A stretch of 64,000 nucleotides of DNA from Chrysemys picta bellii (lineage: Eukaryota): the NCBI RefSeq assembly GCF_011386835.1, contig NC_088800.1, positions 14,694,001-14,758,000 of the forward strand. The letters run 5' to 3'. The translations under genes and the position numbers were made by a program. Of this stretch, positions 22,446 to 36,419 are shown in pieces. Under the pieces are notes generated by a model. That model had not been told where the DNA came from, made no database searches, and worked only from the letters and a program-made list of their open reading frames with translations. Position 1 is the stretch's first letter; every line of letters begins with the position of its first letter.

Positions 22446-25167
22446 ATAATGCCCCCATCAGATTCTATTTGACAATTCTAGCGGGTGCTAGATTGGATTG
22501 TGGAGATCCATGAATGTAAAAAACACTTGGCTGGAGGATTGCTAGAACCTGACCTTCTTTCGTTGGCACTAATAGTGTAGTAGAAGCTTTTTGGGAAGTG
22601 TAATTAACTGCCTGTGGTTAGTACTAGATATTTGCAGTTGTGGGCCTAATATTATTACAGTCGTGCCCATAATGTGCTAGGTCTGTACTGACCTGGAAAG
22701 GCACAGTTATTGGCTTTGAGCTTAGTCTGAAAAGACAAAGCGGGGGGGATACAACATACAAGGAAGATAGCTGAAGTGGTGATTGTCCATGTCTTGATAA
22801 TCCAAAGGGGTTTTGTTTGTATTTCTTAAATAGTAGATATCTAAATATTTATATTTTTTATCACTTTAAAAAAAATCCTGGGAAGTTCCATACAAAAACC
22901 CTACATTAAGGGCATTACAGCTGCAGTTAGCATACACAGTTCAGGAAATGCCAGAGCTATGGTTGCTTGTACATCCCGTAACTCTGTTCCCACACTTATT
23001 TTATTTAAAATAAGTATTCTCATTTCTAGAGAGGAGAAAATTGTAAAAGTTGGCTGACAGGTATCAATTGCACATTGTGCATCCTTCCTCTTAATAGAAC
23101 TGAAGTGACCTAAAATAATTTAACACCCTTTCCTCATTCGGTGGGCCTCAGTTCAGGATAATACTTAATCTCAAAGTTAAGCATGTACTTAGGTGCTGTC
23201 CTAAAGAGTAATTGGGACTTAATTTTGCACCTACTGAATGAGGTAGCGAATCTGGTGGAAACAATAGTATGCAATCAAGGAATTATAATAATGTATTGAA
23301 AAGCTAATGCACAAAGGGACAGAGTTAAGGTTATGTGAGTAATTCTAGACTTCTGATTGCTTTGCTATTTGATCATAACACTTCATATAATTCTTGCATA
23401 TAGTATATGATATCTGACTCTACATGGTCTGCATGATTCATATATAAGAATGAAAACCCTCATTCTGTCCAAATGTGGATCTAATGGAGAGGGACAAAAG
23501 ATCTCAGCATTTGTGCCCTTGCTGCGATTTGGTCTGGACTGTGTAGAATTTGCAAGGGGATTTTAGAAACTGATGCCACCGGGAGCTAATGACCCATCTT
23601 TGTGTCTCCAGTATGCAGATCGGCTTGTATGTGCGCAGCATGCACAGTCTCTTCTGGAATAATATGCAGTCTCCTTAAAATCCACCCTATTAACTCTGTT
23701 AATTCTATTGTTTTCTCTCATCAGCCCCCCTTCACCCACAAGAGAGAGCAGCACAGAGCCCACTAATTACACTAACAATGGGCGTTCTGCAATGTGTCTT
23801 TCTGTTTGTCAGTTTCATTATTTTCTGACAAAGCCAACAGTTTCAGGGGGGCTGTTCTCCCTTCTCAGGCAGCGTGGGACACAGCAGTAAACACCAGGAA
23901 TCCTCTGGCTCTAGGAAGCAGCTGGAGAGGAAAGCTTTCTGCTTACTCCCCCTCACTAATATTGGCACAGGCTTTAGCAGGGATATTTAGCTCAGATCTG
24001 AACTGAAGATTTCCTGGTTTGACCCCAAAAATCTACATGCCCCCAGTCATCTGGTTAGGAGGCTTTTCCCAAACCTAAAACAGATGACCAGTTTGGTCCT
24101 TCTGCAAACGAATGCTCCCCAAATCCCATCTGGCATTTTGTACACACTAGAAGGCCTGCCCATCTGCTTACCACCCTCATTCACAGGACAGGAAGGAGAG
24201 GAGTGGTACCCCTCGATTTGAGACAGAGTGCCCCAAACCCAGTCCACTCCTAGCCATCTTGCTTGGCGTCTTTGTGCAATAGCCCAATTCCATGATCATG
24301 TGTGAGGTCTTAGCCCCCCTGATCTATTTGGGTTCTTTCCTTGTCCTGTAAGATTAGTTTATTGGAATGAGGGTTGTCCCACATATTTTAGGAGCTGTAG
24401 CAGCCTCCCTTTGATTAGCAAGGACCTCTTGCATTAGCTGATGGAGATGGCCATCGGTGCTAGAGCTTCCTCCGTGTTCACTACCCAGGAAGAAACATGG
24501 CCGAACTGCTAAACTGGCAATGTAAGGATGTCTCCAAATACCAACTACCATGACCACAAATACGGGATAAAACATGAAATGGCATGGGATTTTTTTTAAG
24601 GGTCCATATGGAAATTGGAGCTAAGGGGTGGGGGTGTCCTCTCGCTCACTTCATTCCTCTCCTTTCCCTTTTCATTCACTCCCCGCGCCAAATGTACCAT
24701 CTGGCCACACTCATACATGTTAAACAAATGTTTGCCTCTGTTATCAGTGTGTGCTTTGCCTTTCCCCCTCCAGACAGATGGAGGCTGGATGTGCACGGAG
24801 CCCAGGCCTGCAGCATTCATGTGTGTGAATGATAAAATTGAATTATTTATGACCATGTGAATAAGGTGACTGCTGCTGAGGCCAAACGGAAAGGGCTCCA
24901 TTACGTGGCAAACACCTGTTGCTATGGAGAACTTGGCTCCCTCTCCCCCTTCCCGTCACTGGCTCCAGGCATAATTACCTCTTCACACCAGGCTGGATTT
25001 CTGATTGTTGCTGGGGGGTGCTCACCCTCTTCTCTCTGGCTGTATCACTCTCACTTTTTTCATTCTGAGTGTGGCTGATCCATACAGTAGCTGTGTTTTG
25101 GATAGACAGTAGGGAAGCAGAGTGAAGAACTGGGAAGGCTAGAGCAGTTCACTCTGTCTAGGTATTT

Positions 25168-25390
25168 CTATAGCCCCCATCACTGTTGCATCTGAGCACC
25201 TCACACACACATCAATGGATTTACTCTTCAAACACCTCTGGGAGGCAGGGAACTGTTGTGAGCTCCATTGTACGGCGGGGGAGCTGGGATGCGGAGAGAC
25301 TGAATTGCCCAAGGTCACATAGGGACTTTGTGGCTGAGCCAGGACTTAAACCCAGCTCTCCCAAGTCTCAGCCTGTTGCCTAAACCGCAC
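25168..25390 (+). mobile_element. MIR/CORE-type SINE
   Basis: CCCATCACTGTTGCATCTGAGCACCTCACA...TTGCCCAAGGTCACATAG...GGACTTAAACCCAG. Confidence 0.6.
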
Positions 25391-25772
25391 CATCACCCTC
25401 CTTCTCTGGCTAGATTGCCCAAGACCCCCTCTGAGAGGAGCTGCAAGAAAGGGTCCAAGCAGTTCTGCAAAGAATGAAACGGAGTGCGGGAGTCAAACCA
25501 GACAGTCACCAACTCTAGTGCATCCTCCTCCTCCTAGGCCACAGGATGAACCCCTCTCAGTGACTGGGGCTATGTCTATGAGAGGGGGCAGGGCTCTGCA
25601 TAAATCCTGCTTTCCCATGGGTGGAAGGGAACTGAGACTAGGTCCCTGAACTCACAATAAGGACTTGGGCCTCTTTGCCTGTTGCCTGCTGAGGGTGCTG
25701 TTAAGATTTAGCTGTGTTGAGCATAAACCCCCTTTCTTCCGTCCCTCTGCCAAGACTGTATTCCTTGCCTTA

Positions 25773-26051
25773 GGGCTTGTCTACACTTAAAATGCTACAG
25801 TCGCAGAGCTGTGCCAGTGTGTGCTTCCGTGTAGACACCACCTACATGGACAGGAGGGGTTTTCCCATCAGCCCAGGTAATCCACCTCCCTGAGAGGTGG
25901 TAGCTAGGTCAACAGATGAGTTCTTCTGACGACCGAGTGCTGTCTACGTGGGGATTTAGGTCAGTGTAACTATGCTCCACAGGGGTGTGGACCTTTCACA
26001 CCCCTGACCAATGTAGTTTTGCTGACCTAACTTTCTAGGGTAGACCAGGCC
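25773..26051. mobile_element. PIF/Harbinger-type MITE
   Basis: TIRs GGGCTTGTCTACAC / GGGTAGACCAGGCC with 3-bp TTA TSD on both sides. Confidence 0.8.
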
Positions 26052-29000
26052 TTAGTTAAACAATGAAAGAAGCCCAGCTTGTGTTGTGTGCAGCTCCTAG
26101 GCCACCCATAAATATAAACAATTACCCATTCTAACTCCATTCAGAATTCCAATGGGATTGTGCTTGATTGGGAAATAATCTGCATCCTCCTCATCCATCC
26201 CACCAGCCCATGGGGCCTGGGAATGAGACCGGGCTTGTTCCCCCTCCACCCCCCCCCTTAAGAGATTGTCAGAGCCGGACCCTCCAGCTGCTCCTAATGT
26301 CTTGGATGTCCTGGATTCCCCTCCCCTTCCCAAGGATGTGTGAAGGCTCCTTCCCTCAGACTTGAGAACACAAGGCTAGCTCCAGCCTCTGCCTTCCTTG
26401 GGCCTTTCTGCTCCGTGGCTCTGTAGCTGACTCATGTTGTCAGTTGTAGCATGTTCTGTCGCTTGTGCGCACACACCACTGCACACGCCCCCGCCTGCCC
26501 TCTCAGACTCTGTCACTCTTCTCCACCCACCCGCTGTGAGGCTTGCTTGCTGCAGTGCCTTGACAGCTACTATTGGGAAGATCCACTCTTCCATGGGAGG
26601 GAGGAGAGGACATTAGAGCAGGGATTGAACCTTTGACTGGGGAGTGGGTGGCCTGCCCTCCCATATTAAGTCATCATGGGCCAGTCCATGTTCTGATGCA
26701 CATGTGAGTCCCACTGAAGTCAAGAAAGCTGTGGGGAGGGATCAGAGGCCAGAATCTGCCTCCTGAAGCCTTAACTGTGACCATGTCTACTGCACACCTT
26801 GCATTAACCCTACACGCATTGCACACCTATACCTGAATATCTCCTGTGTTCACCCCCCCAAAATGTACATGCCCCATTCTTCTGGGGAGGAGGTTTTCCC
26901 TCAGCCCTGCAACTGATTGCTAGTTTGGTCCTTTAAGTAAACTGATGCTGTCCCATCGTCTCAATGAGTCCTCTGTTCCAGAGCCAGATCTCCTGCTGGG
27001 ACTCCCACGTTGATGTAAACTGACATCTGAAAGTAGATTCACCAAACTGAAAGGATGAGAAACTTCATACATAGGATTAGGCCTCTCTCTCCTCCCCATA
27101 CCCCACCCAAAAGGATACAAAGGTCGGGTGTCCTGGCCATTGCGACATCACACACACACACACTCCCTCCACAAAGCAGAGTTTTCTGAGGCTTAACCAG
27201 GCAGGGTGCTCCCCACATTCTCTTGGCATATCCTCCCCCAGGGGTCTGACCCATTTCAAAGTGGCCTGCATTGCGGTCTGCTCCTAGTTCTGCAGTGATA
27301 AGTTACATTCTAGAGTTTATTGACGATCCTTTACAACATTAATGCTCAGAGGAGGGAAATGTGGAGATGGTCGTTGACAGTTGCGAATGGAGTCTTGAAA
27401 GAACATGGCTGACTTGCTCATGCAATTAAAAAAAAAAAAATAGTTCCCTGCTGAATATTACAACAACTCTGTAAGAATGGCAACATGGGCTTCTCTCATG
27501 TCTGGTTTCTCACTGATCCCACATCACTTTGGCTCACCTGAAAAGTAAAAGAATGATTTTTCTAACTGCCAGTGCTCAAGCCCAGCCTGGGTGCTGATAG
27601 ACGAGCTGGGCTCTGTCTGGCTCTTGCACCATCCTCCCCAGTAATAAAGAGTCTGGTGGATTGCACAGGGTGTAACTGAGAGCAGAACTGGAACTAAGTG
27701 AACAGTTGTATTAATGATGCACGAGGTCGGACCAAATCCAGCTCCCTCTCCCAGAGATGAGTGGGCTTTGCAAGGCTAAGAGGAATAAAAAGCCGTTCAG
27801 TGCTTATTTTAGTCACTGCAGTGAGCAGCTGTGACTCCGTTTCACCCAAGCAGCAGATTTGTTGAGTAAGAAGGTGCCATTTTTACAGTCTCTTTTCAGA
27901 CTAGAGCCACATTTTAAGCCAGCTGCTCTTCTCCTTCACTGCTGGACTACTAATGGGTACGAGCAACATTCCTTGCATTGCTGGGTTTTACCCTCAGGTC
28001 CCTCCTCTAGCCCATTGTCCCATTTTAGAGGCTTCAGCAGATTGAGGAGAATGGCCATTTGCTGGCCTAGACTGTGCCATAACTCCCATCAAAACCACGT
28101 CAGGACAGCAGGGCTTAATTTCTGCAGCCCAGAGGACCCAAGAAATCTCAGACCATCCTTGAGACAACTGCCAGGGCTGGGGGATTGGCCCAGGAGCAGT
28201 TTGGGTGTTGGTGGACCCCTTGCCTACCATTTGCCCAGTCCCCTTTTAGTCTTGCTTCTCCTTGCAACTTGATGTGAGGGGAGGCATCACGGACATGGGG
28301 TGAGGGGACAGTTATTGTATTTGGGGAAGCCCTGAGGGTTGGCTTTGCTCTCCCACCCTCAACCTCTGTCCTGTAAGTAAATCTTCTTACTGGACTGGAG
28401 AAGAGTCCCCTCCCCTCCCCCAGGCAAGGCCCTAGAGGGTGCTAGAGGTGACCTCCCTATGTGGCAGCAGCAGTGGTCTGGACACACGGTCAGGAAGGGA
28501 AGCACCTGCCCCTGGGAGAACAAATCTGTGTCTGTCTGGTTAACACAACCCCTGAGGTAAAATAGAGAGCTAATTGTTACCATAGTTACATGAAGTGGCC
28601 TTTCCAAAGAAGCCACGTCATCGCTGCTGTCACAAGGTTAAGGCGGTGGGGTGGGGTGGGGGGGAAAGTGTTGTCTTTGGAAAAACCATGGCAACAGCTA
28701 TTTCTAAAGGAACAGCTGCGCATGTCAAGGCCGTGGGGAAGGGGCTGGGTTTTTCGATGCTATAGATGCTTTCAAAGCAAAAGCAACAGGTACAATGGTC
28801 CTTCGCTGTACCCATCCTCTCCAGTGCACACTGCCCCGTGACAGCCTCTCCTTCCTGACGTAAGAACTTGCATGAGAAACAGTTGTGGCACTTAGTGCAC
28901 TGCGTCTGTTATGGGACAGACTGGCACTGTGGGCTGTAGCACAGCTTGGGCCTAGTGGAGCTGTGGGAGGCAGAGGCCAACCCTGACTCTGCAGCAACAA

Positions 29001-29776
29001 CTGGACTCCAGTAACAGAAAACCAGCCCACTACAAGACAGTGCAAGGGGCTGGCACAGCAAATCTAGTCACGGGGGCAGGGAGGAGAGATGATTTTAGAC
29101 CCCTAATTCCTAGTGCTGTCATTGGCTGGAAACAGTGTGGAAGTTCGGCATTCAGCCCATACAAAAGGGAGCCCTCACTGCCAACTCTGGCTCCTGCAGG
29201 AACAGTGCTAATGGAGGCAGTGGCATGTAGCAGATGGAAGGGCATTGGCCTTTCATCCACAGTGGCCAGCGTCCGCTCGGGAAAGGCCAGGCCTGCAACT
29301 GCAGGGGACACAGCTGGGTGAAGGCCATAGCAAGTGACAGCCAAACAATCCGTCATAGAAAAGACTGAGTTGGCTTTGGGATTCCCAACCCCATATGTTC
29401 ACTCTCCAGGAAAGTTCTTCTGAGCAAATGCTTGTCGATAAGGCCTTCTGCAGACAGGGAAGTGAACACTTGTTCAACTGTGTATTTGCACCAGAAGCGT
29501 TTGTGCAGCCTTTGTGAAGATTGTGGGTGGGTGGGCCGGCCCCCACTCAGGGAGCAGGGAAGTGAGACACTGCAAATATCCCAGGCACCAATCACGGAAG
29601 ATACAGTTAAGAGCAAACAACAGGCTGACCTAAGTTATCTCAAACCATTATGCAAATACATGCGGCGAACACAGTCATCCGAATCAAAGCCTGAACAAAC
29701 AGAGAAAGGGGCAATATGTGCTGAATAAATTATTTGCTGTAACTAATGCACCGAGTCCTTGCAGGGGGTACCACGT

Positions 29777-29970
29777 GTCAGGACTGAAGTGCAGGGAGCA
29801 AGAGCAGGACTGGAATAGTAGGGTGCATTGTGGGTCAGGCTTGAGGACCATCAGCAGAGCTGCATGGGAGCCCAGGACTGGAATGGTGGGGGACTGCAGG
29901 TCAGGACTGCGGAGTTCTTTAGGGGCCCAGGACTCGGGTGCACTAGCAGAACTCATGTGGGGGTTGGAGG
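29777..29970. repeat. Degenerate tandem repeat related to the 2110-2440 array
   Basis: GTCAGGACTG / CAGGACTGGAAT / GCAGAGCTGCATGGGAGCCCAGG submotifs repeated about 3 times. Confidence 0.5.
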
Positions 29971-31328
29971 GGTGGAATCTTGTCCAGGCTCTGTCTGTCC
30001 TTCATTTCTGCAACAGGCCAAACTGCTCCAGAGAGGAGAAGACGGCATGGGGAAAACGTCTCCCTTGCTGCTATTTCAAGAAGAAATGTTTAATCTCTAA
30101 GATTAAAATGATCTCTCCTTGCAAGACAGACTCTTAATTAAGACATTTCCCTGAAGGAAGCCAAGATGGAGAGCCTGACTTCCCGGTGTTCCAGAGCATT
30201 CTGCTGTTCATTTCCCCTTCAGTTACTGCCTGAATTAGTCATCTGGAGATGGGCTTAGGCTGCCTGCTCTCGAGAGGCTCCTCTGCACAAGTGTCATCTT
30301 CTCACAGAAACTAGGGCTGTATTTGGAATCCATTCAAATTAGGTCACACAAACCCCACCCAGGATAACCTTTGATCATTCTAATAGTCAGTGCCCCTCAC
30401 TCTGTACCTTGAAGCCCAAGGCTAGAGCACAGAGTCACAGGCTGATGAGGGGAGCTCTCTATTTAATGCATATGGTTTCCCCTGTGCTCAGCCCCTTTCC
30501 CCCCGCCCCCGCCCACCCTTAGCCATGTACTTCAGGCAAAGCACCAATTGTTGCAGGGACTTAGGGAGAAGGGCCTATTGGTGGTGAGCAGCTCTTCCAC
30601 ACAGGAGGTGGGGTCAGGATCAGAGGCATGAAGTCATAATGACAACAGAATCCAAATACCACTCCTGGGGTGGACAGAGCCATGCTTGGGGTTGTGTTTC
30701 TAGAAGGGATGTCAGGAAATTGACCTCTGACTTCTCGCAGAACATCAGCTCTGCCCAAGATGGGAGGGTGACCTGCTTTCGTCCTCTTTGCTGTTAGTAG
30801 CAAGATCCTGAGCAAATACAAACTTCTCGAGTTGTTCTTTACTTCTCTTTTCTACTGGCTTATTTTTGCCACAGGGATCCACTTATGGGATCAAAGTAAC
30901 ATTAGGTATGGTGTTTTCCCCATCTCAAGCATGTTATTTCAGGTCCATAAATGGCTCCCCCATACATTAAAGGCTGTGAGAAATACACCAATAATAGAAG
31001 CCGTGTATATGCCTAGTAGTAACCAGTGGGAGGATCCCAGTTGTTGATAGCTAATGTTGATGCTATTTTAAAATCCAAGGGTTGCAGGTTCTAATCCCAA
31101 GAAAGGCACATCCTTCCCGTTCCATAGAGCTGTCAGTTAAACCTTCAGGAACTGCGGATCCCTGCTCTTGTACCATGCTCCACCTGTGTTATTTCTCTTT
31201 AGGGGAAAACTTTAGCTCAGGTATTGCTGCATCTTATGTGGAGTTTCTGGTTATTACCCAGTTTCTCCAGTGATCTGGTAGTCAAGGTGAAGCTACTTAC
31301 CTGAGGATCTCATACATGGAGTTAGACT

Positions 31329-31433
31329 TAGGGCGACCAGACAGCAAATGTGAAAAAACGGGACAGGAGTGGGGGTTAATAGGAGTCTATATAAGATAAA
31401 GACCCATATAAAATCGGGACACCTGGTCACCCC
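31329..31433. mobile_element. Short hAT MITE (TAGGGTGACCAGA family), right end damaged
   Basis: TAGGGCGACCAGACAGCAAATGTG...CCTGGTCACCC; same body as the 7679 and 16547 copies. Confidence 0.8.
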
Positions 31434-33203
31434 CACCCCAATAATGCTGAGCTGTAATTCCACACCTGCTCCCTAGTGACTTTCAGGAGAGGGAAGTGAG
31501 AAATAGGACTTAGGACTCTTTGCTGTCAGGAGTAACCCACTCCAGCCTGCAGCACATTTCATTTTTTAACATCAGCCCTCTGTTTTTGTCACTGTGGCTA
31601 ACTTGGTTCTCAAGAAGCCTGCGTTTGTCACTCAGGAGCGTAGCAATGTCTGAGAACACATGAGTACCTTCCAAAGCTGATGCACTGGAACTGATTTAGA
31701 TTGCACTCACATTAGTGTTAGCAGCTGAGACCAACGGGGTACAAATTCCTTCAATTCACCCCACCTTAAAACGTACATAAAGCAGTGTGGCTCAGGGAAA
31801 AGGACAACGTGAAGTCTCATCAAACGTATCATTAGCACTAATGCTCAGCCTGAAACCCCAACTGAAAACCCTCTGCCTCCACCTCTTAATGGGGGCAAGC
31901 CTGAAATGCCTCCTGTCCTCCGCTATGGTGGGCAAAGGTTTGATCTTCCTCCCTTTCATAAGCCAAGCGCAGGCAGGACAGAGGGGCACACTCTTCCCTA
32001 GCAGCTGCATCCCCTTTTTCTGCTTCCCGTTCTCTTTTTTGTTTCAAACTTGCCCACTTTGGACTGTTCTCTGAACCAGGCTGGCTTGGCCAGAAGAGAA
32101 TCCAGCTCCAGAAACCCTGCCCAGGGTGGCAATTCTGCTAGGTGCAGATGTGCTAGTTAGTGGGGGTGTGTGAACCTATTGAGAGAGTTTTGGAGCTGGT
32201 GACACTAAGTGTGAACTGGAGCTGTGTCTGTGCTATGACTGTATCGTAGCTGATACTGGGAATTGTCTGGGCTAAAAGCATGAGTCTTGAAAGCTAAAGA
32301 AAGTTAAAGAGCCGGGCTCTGTAGTTGGGGGCCGGAACAGACTTGCCCTGTTGATCTGTCGCAGAGGGAAGAGGATGTGTAACCCACTGAATAGCCACTT
32401 TTGCTCCACACTTTCCTGTTGCTACCAGCAATACAGCTCCACTGCCAGTAACTGTAGAGGGAGTGCTTGGCCAGCCATCCACTAATGTTTTAATCACTGA
32501 GTCACCTAAGCCTGCTCAGAGCGGCTCCAGATGACATAGTGGTTAAAATGGCAGTGGTTGGTGGCACCTTGTCTGTATTTATAAGACTCCCACCACTGCT
32601 ACCACCAGTGAAGTTATACGGGGGTAAGAAGGGAAGGAAGTTTTAGGGAGAAAAGCCTTGCACAGAAAAGGCCCCAGAGCTGCTTTTCTTTAGGCAGGTA
32701 AAAAACCCACTCTTGCTTTGTGTGTAGATTTCCCGTGTATAGCGTATAGTCACTTACAGCCACATTTCCCATGTGGCCACTGACTTTGGGTGCCCAATTT
32801 GAGGCGTTGGGGCCTGACTCTCAGAGCTACTGATATCAAGAGGCGCGGTGGGTGACGAGCATCTCTGAAAATTAGGCCCAAGTTGTTTCAAATTGAGCAC
32901 TCAAAAAGTGAGATCCTTAAAGTCAGGGGCCCCTTTTGAAAATAGCGTTGTTGTCGTGTCTGCCACTTTCTGCTCACTCTCCCTGGCATGATGTAGTCAC
33001 AGTTTACAATACAATTCGCAGTAGCCCTGTGTGTTTCTCCTGAAGCCAGGATACAGGACTGTTCCTGCCCTCCACTCCTTATAAGTGTGCATGATGCTGT
33101 AGGGAGAGAACAAAGACCTGGCACCTGCCCTGGGGAGCTGACATGATGCAGGGAGAGATGACAAAGGGAAAAGGAGGAGACTCAGAAAAGCCAGCCTCTG
33201 CAG

Positions 33204-33640
33204 TAGAGCTGGGCACATTTTTGGTTTTTGGTGCAAAAAATGCAAATTTGGTGACACCAAATGTTTTGTAAATTTCATGTCAATTTTGCTAAATTGTTTT
33301 GGCTGAACCTTCCCCACCCCCCCCTCCAAAAACCCTCTTTTCAAAAATGTCAAAACTGAACATGTTTGACTTTTTTCAGAAATTTAACGTTCGAGGTATT
33401 TGGTTTGAAATGCCTAATTATTTTAAAAAAATCAAACCTGTTTTAAAATGGTCAAACGCAAACGAAAATGTTTCTTTCAACCCAAAATGTGAGGGTTTTA
33501 GTTTTTTGGTTTTTTACTTTTGGATTCACTGAAAATTTCAAAACAATTTTGTTTTCAGTTTGGCCCAAAATAGTTCTGCCCCCATCACAATTGTCTGAAC
33601 TGCCAGCAAACCAAAAAATCCATTATGTGGCCAGCGCCAT
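33204..33640. mobile_element. AT-rich non-autonomous DNA transposon remnant
   Basis: TAGAGCTGGGCA left end followed by repetitive AAAATG/TTTCA/TTTTGG-rich body; similar sequence at ~38720-38810 and 60900-61225. Confidence 0.4.
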
Positions 33641-34171
33641 GATGAAGTTGCCTGTTTTTATACAGTAGATGCTTTGTTGGTTCCAACGCTCCTATGTTGT
33701 TCTTAGCTTAGAATGCAGATGCTTAGCAGGGGAATCATTGCTGGGGAGAATGCGGGAAGGAGTGGGTTTTAGGAGGGCATGTGAAAGCTCTCCAGTTACT
33801 AACTGAGAATGCTAGCTGCTCTCAAGACACAGAGAGAGAGAGAGAGAGGGATTCTTGCAAGCAGGTTGTACGAATTCATTGAACATGACTTATGACATCT
33901 GCAGAGAGCACTGGAAACAGACTCCCATTGCTAAAGGAAGAGGCTGGATGCCTGACTGATTTGAGAGCTGATGCGTGGTTGAACGGCCGACTGGAGACCT
34001 GATGGAGAGATGGAAAGACGGCTGGGAGAAGATATCATAAGGCAATTTTAACTGCTGGTGTCTGTCTCTGCCTGGATGACCTGGGAAACAAGCTCTCCCT
34101 GCAGCACAATGCGTCTATTTTGGCTATGGCCAGCACCTGTTTGCTTATATTGCACTAAACCCCTCTGTCTT

Positions 34172-34438
34172 TGGTACATCTACATTGCAGCTGGAGGCAA
34201 AATTTCCAGCTTGGGTAGATGTACATGTGCTTGTAGTATAGGCAGGCCAGCGCAAGCAGTGGGAGGGGTTAGCTGCTCAAGTACAATCCCATCTAAGTTA
34301 TTGGATGGCTAATCCATCCCGTTGCTTGTACCGCCACAGCTACACTGCTATTTTTAGTGCACTAGCTCCATCAAAGCTAGAGCAGGTATGTCTACCCAAG
34401 CTGGAAATTACACCTCAAGTTGCAGTGTAGACGTACCC
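34172..34438. mobile_element. PIF/Harbinger-type MITE
   Basis: TIRs GGTACATCTACATTGCA / TGCAGTGTAGACGTACC plus internal inverted CCAGCTTGGGTAGA / TCTACCCAAGCTGG. Confidence 0.75.
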
Positions 34439-34699
34439 TTTGACTAGAGAGCCTAGATTACACACTGGTACAATGTTAATGAAGGCTAACCTTCCATCTA
34501 CGAACCATCTAGTGAGGTTGGGTTGGTAAGGATGGGAGGGGATAGGGTTATATTGGGCGTTGCGGTACGTTAGGGTGTGGGGGTGTGAGGTAGGGTACAA
34601 AGAGAGTAAGGTATGAAATACAGAAGAAGATGTAGATTAGGGTTCTTATTAATTGTACATCCTCTTTATTTGATTATACTTGTCAGGTTAGGAACTTCT

Positions 34700-35140
34700 C
34701 TTTTCACAACTGTTCCATAGGACTGGACCATCCTGAATTTAATCTCTTACATATAAACTAGTGTAGCATGAGACGAGTTTCGTTTATAATTCTCAGTGAG
34801 TAGTTGATTCAGATTTCACCACCTCTCCTTTTGTTTGCGAATGGTCTGTGAGCAACCTAGTTTTCTCAAATGTATTCGTTATTTCAGATGATCTGCTGAA
34901 CAACTGGGATGTGTAGTTCTAAGTCTGTAGCTTTTGTGCCAGCTGTTCATAGTGAGTGTTCAGAATCTGAGCTGTGTTGCGTGGTTCCAATAGGACATGC
35001 TTGGTCATATGGTTTGTTTCTATTTCTTGATTGGATGAATGAGATTCATGGAGCCAGGTTTCCTGTGAGAATGTTTGTGATCACAAATTCAAAACTCACT
35101 TCCCACAACTATTCTCTAATATTGGCTCTTCTTGCCAGTA
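34700..35140 (-). pseudogene. Decayed Gypsy/LTR-retrotransposon integrase core
   Basis: One minus frame reads NHMTKH..EPRNTAQIL...LQT*NYTSQLF...KTRLLTDHSQTKGEVV...RD*IQ..PVLW, colinear with Gypsy IN motifs DHFTK / SDQG.NF.SQLF / KTR..YHPQ.NG.VER / RDW; several stops. Confidence 0.5.
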
Positions 35141-35159
35141 ACCTCATTCATTTACCATG

Positions 35160-35390
35160 AGCACAGGAATTGCCAAACCAAGGGTCCATCTAGCCTAGCA
35201 GCTGGTCTAACCGTTGCCAGCCCAGCTACTTCAGAGGAAGATGCAAGAAACCCCACGGTGGACAAGCATGGAATAACATGGCTTCCTAACCCCATTAGAT
35301 AGTGCCTGGCTTATGCATTGAAGCATGACGGTCTGTATCTCTACTTTTCTAATCCTGTCTAATGTAACTGAGAATGTTCTCATTAGCCAC
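35160..35390 (-). mobile_element. CR1 LINE 3' end fragment, old
   Basis: GGTCCATCTAGCCTAGC...TACTTCAGAGGAAGATGCAAGAAACCCC is the reverse complement of the CR1 3' terminal region (compare 38270-38345). Confidence 0.55.
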
Positions 35391-36419
35391 ATAATTGTCT
35401 AGCAAACACAAAACAGGCCCTGACACAGTCAAAGTAAATTGGTTTAAAAATATGAACAGACATTTTCAGATTTTTTTTTTCCTTCTGTGTTCACCCAGCT
35501 CCACGCAGGTCAATTAAATGTTACATTTCCCTTTAAAAAACATCATTAAGAGGTGATCACATGAAATATCCACAGTGTGAATCCAGGCTGACACTCTGGG
35601 CTGTAAGAGGAAAGCCTGCATTGCCCACCTCCCTCTGAGCAATGGAGTGTGGGCACTTCCCAGGATGTTCACGCAGCCATTTTCCTCACACGCAGATGCA
35701 CTGCAGCATTTTCCCAGTCAGATGTTTAACTATCCAAATCTACAAGTGATAGAACCTGTTAGCTTCAAGGGGCCCCCATCCACTTCTCACAGCAGATCAC
35801 AGAGCTGGGCTAATCAAGTCAGCAGTAACAAATCTAATTAACCTGCAGTATAATGTCTAATTTGTGCAAAGTTGTTGTGGTTATTCAGCTATAAACTCCA
35901 TCCCGGATTCTAATTACAGTGAGTGGCACTGTGGCATTAATTGTTAGCATCCTGGTTGTGTCCAACCACCTTTTCCTCACTTCCCAGGTGCCCTCAATTT
36001 CACACAGACGGTTTCAGTGACTACCTCCATCTGGTGCTTTCGTGGCTGTTGAGATGCTATGCTAGCTCCAACCTTTGGAACATAGTTACGTCCTCTGATT
36101 CCATGGCTACTTTGACATTAAAGCCAGTTATCATGTGGTCCAGGACCTGCAATGTCAATTTGTTGTTTCAGCCCATTCACGCAATAACTGGTGGGAGGCG
36201 CCTCTGAGCTTTTCAAATTTCCATCAGAGGTGTTGGGCCCTATTTCATGTTGAAAGCTTTTTGTTAATTTCTTTGCTCTTGCTAACACTTGGAACCGTTT
36301 CATTCAGGCTGTTCCCAGGAGTGGCCTCCCTGTGACATCCCATAACCCATCCCAGTTGAGAGCAAGGCTCATTAGTAAAAAAAAATTCAAAAACTATCCT
36401 CACGAGACCCATTGGTCCC

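Noticed and set aside
26158-26168. TTGTGCTTGAT, matching the 5' half of miR-218
   Set aside because: Only 11 nt match and there is no hairpin.
34415-34600. WFVDG motif resembling retroviral RNase H (WFxDGS)
   Set aside because: It lies downstream of the integrase fossil, the wrong order for RH-IN. It lacks the following S and the other RNase H acidic residues.
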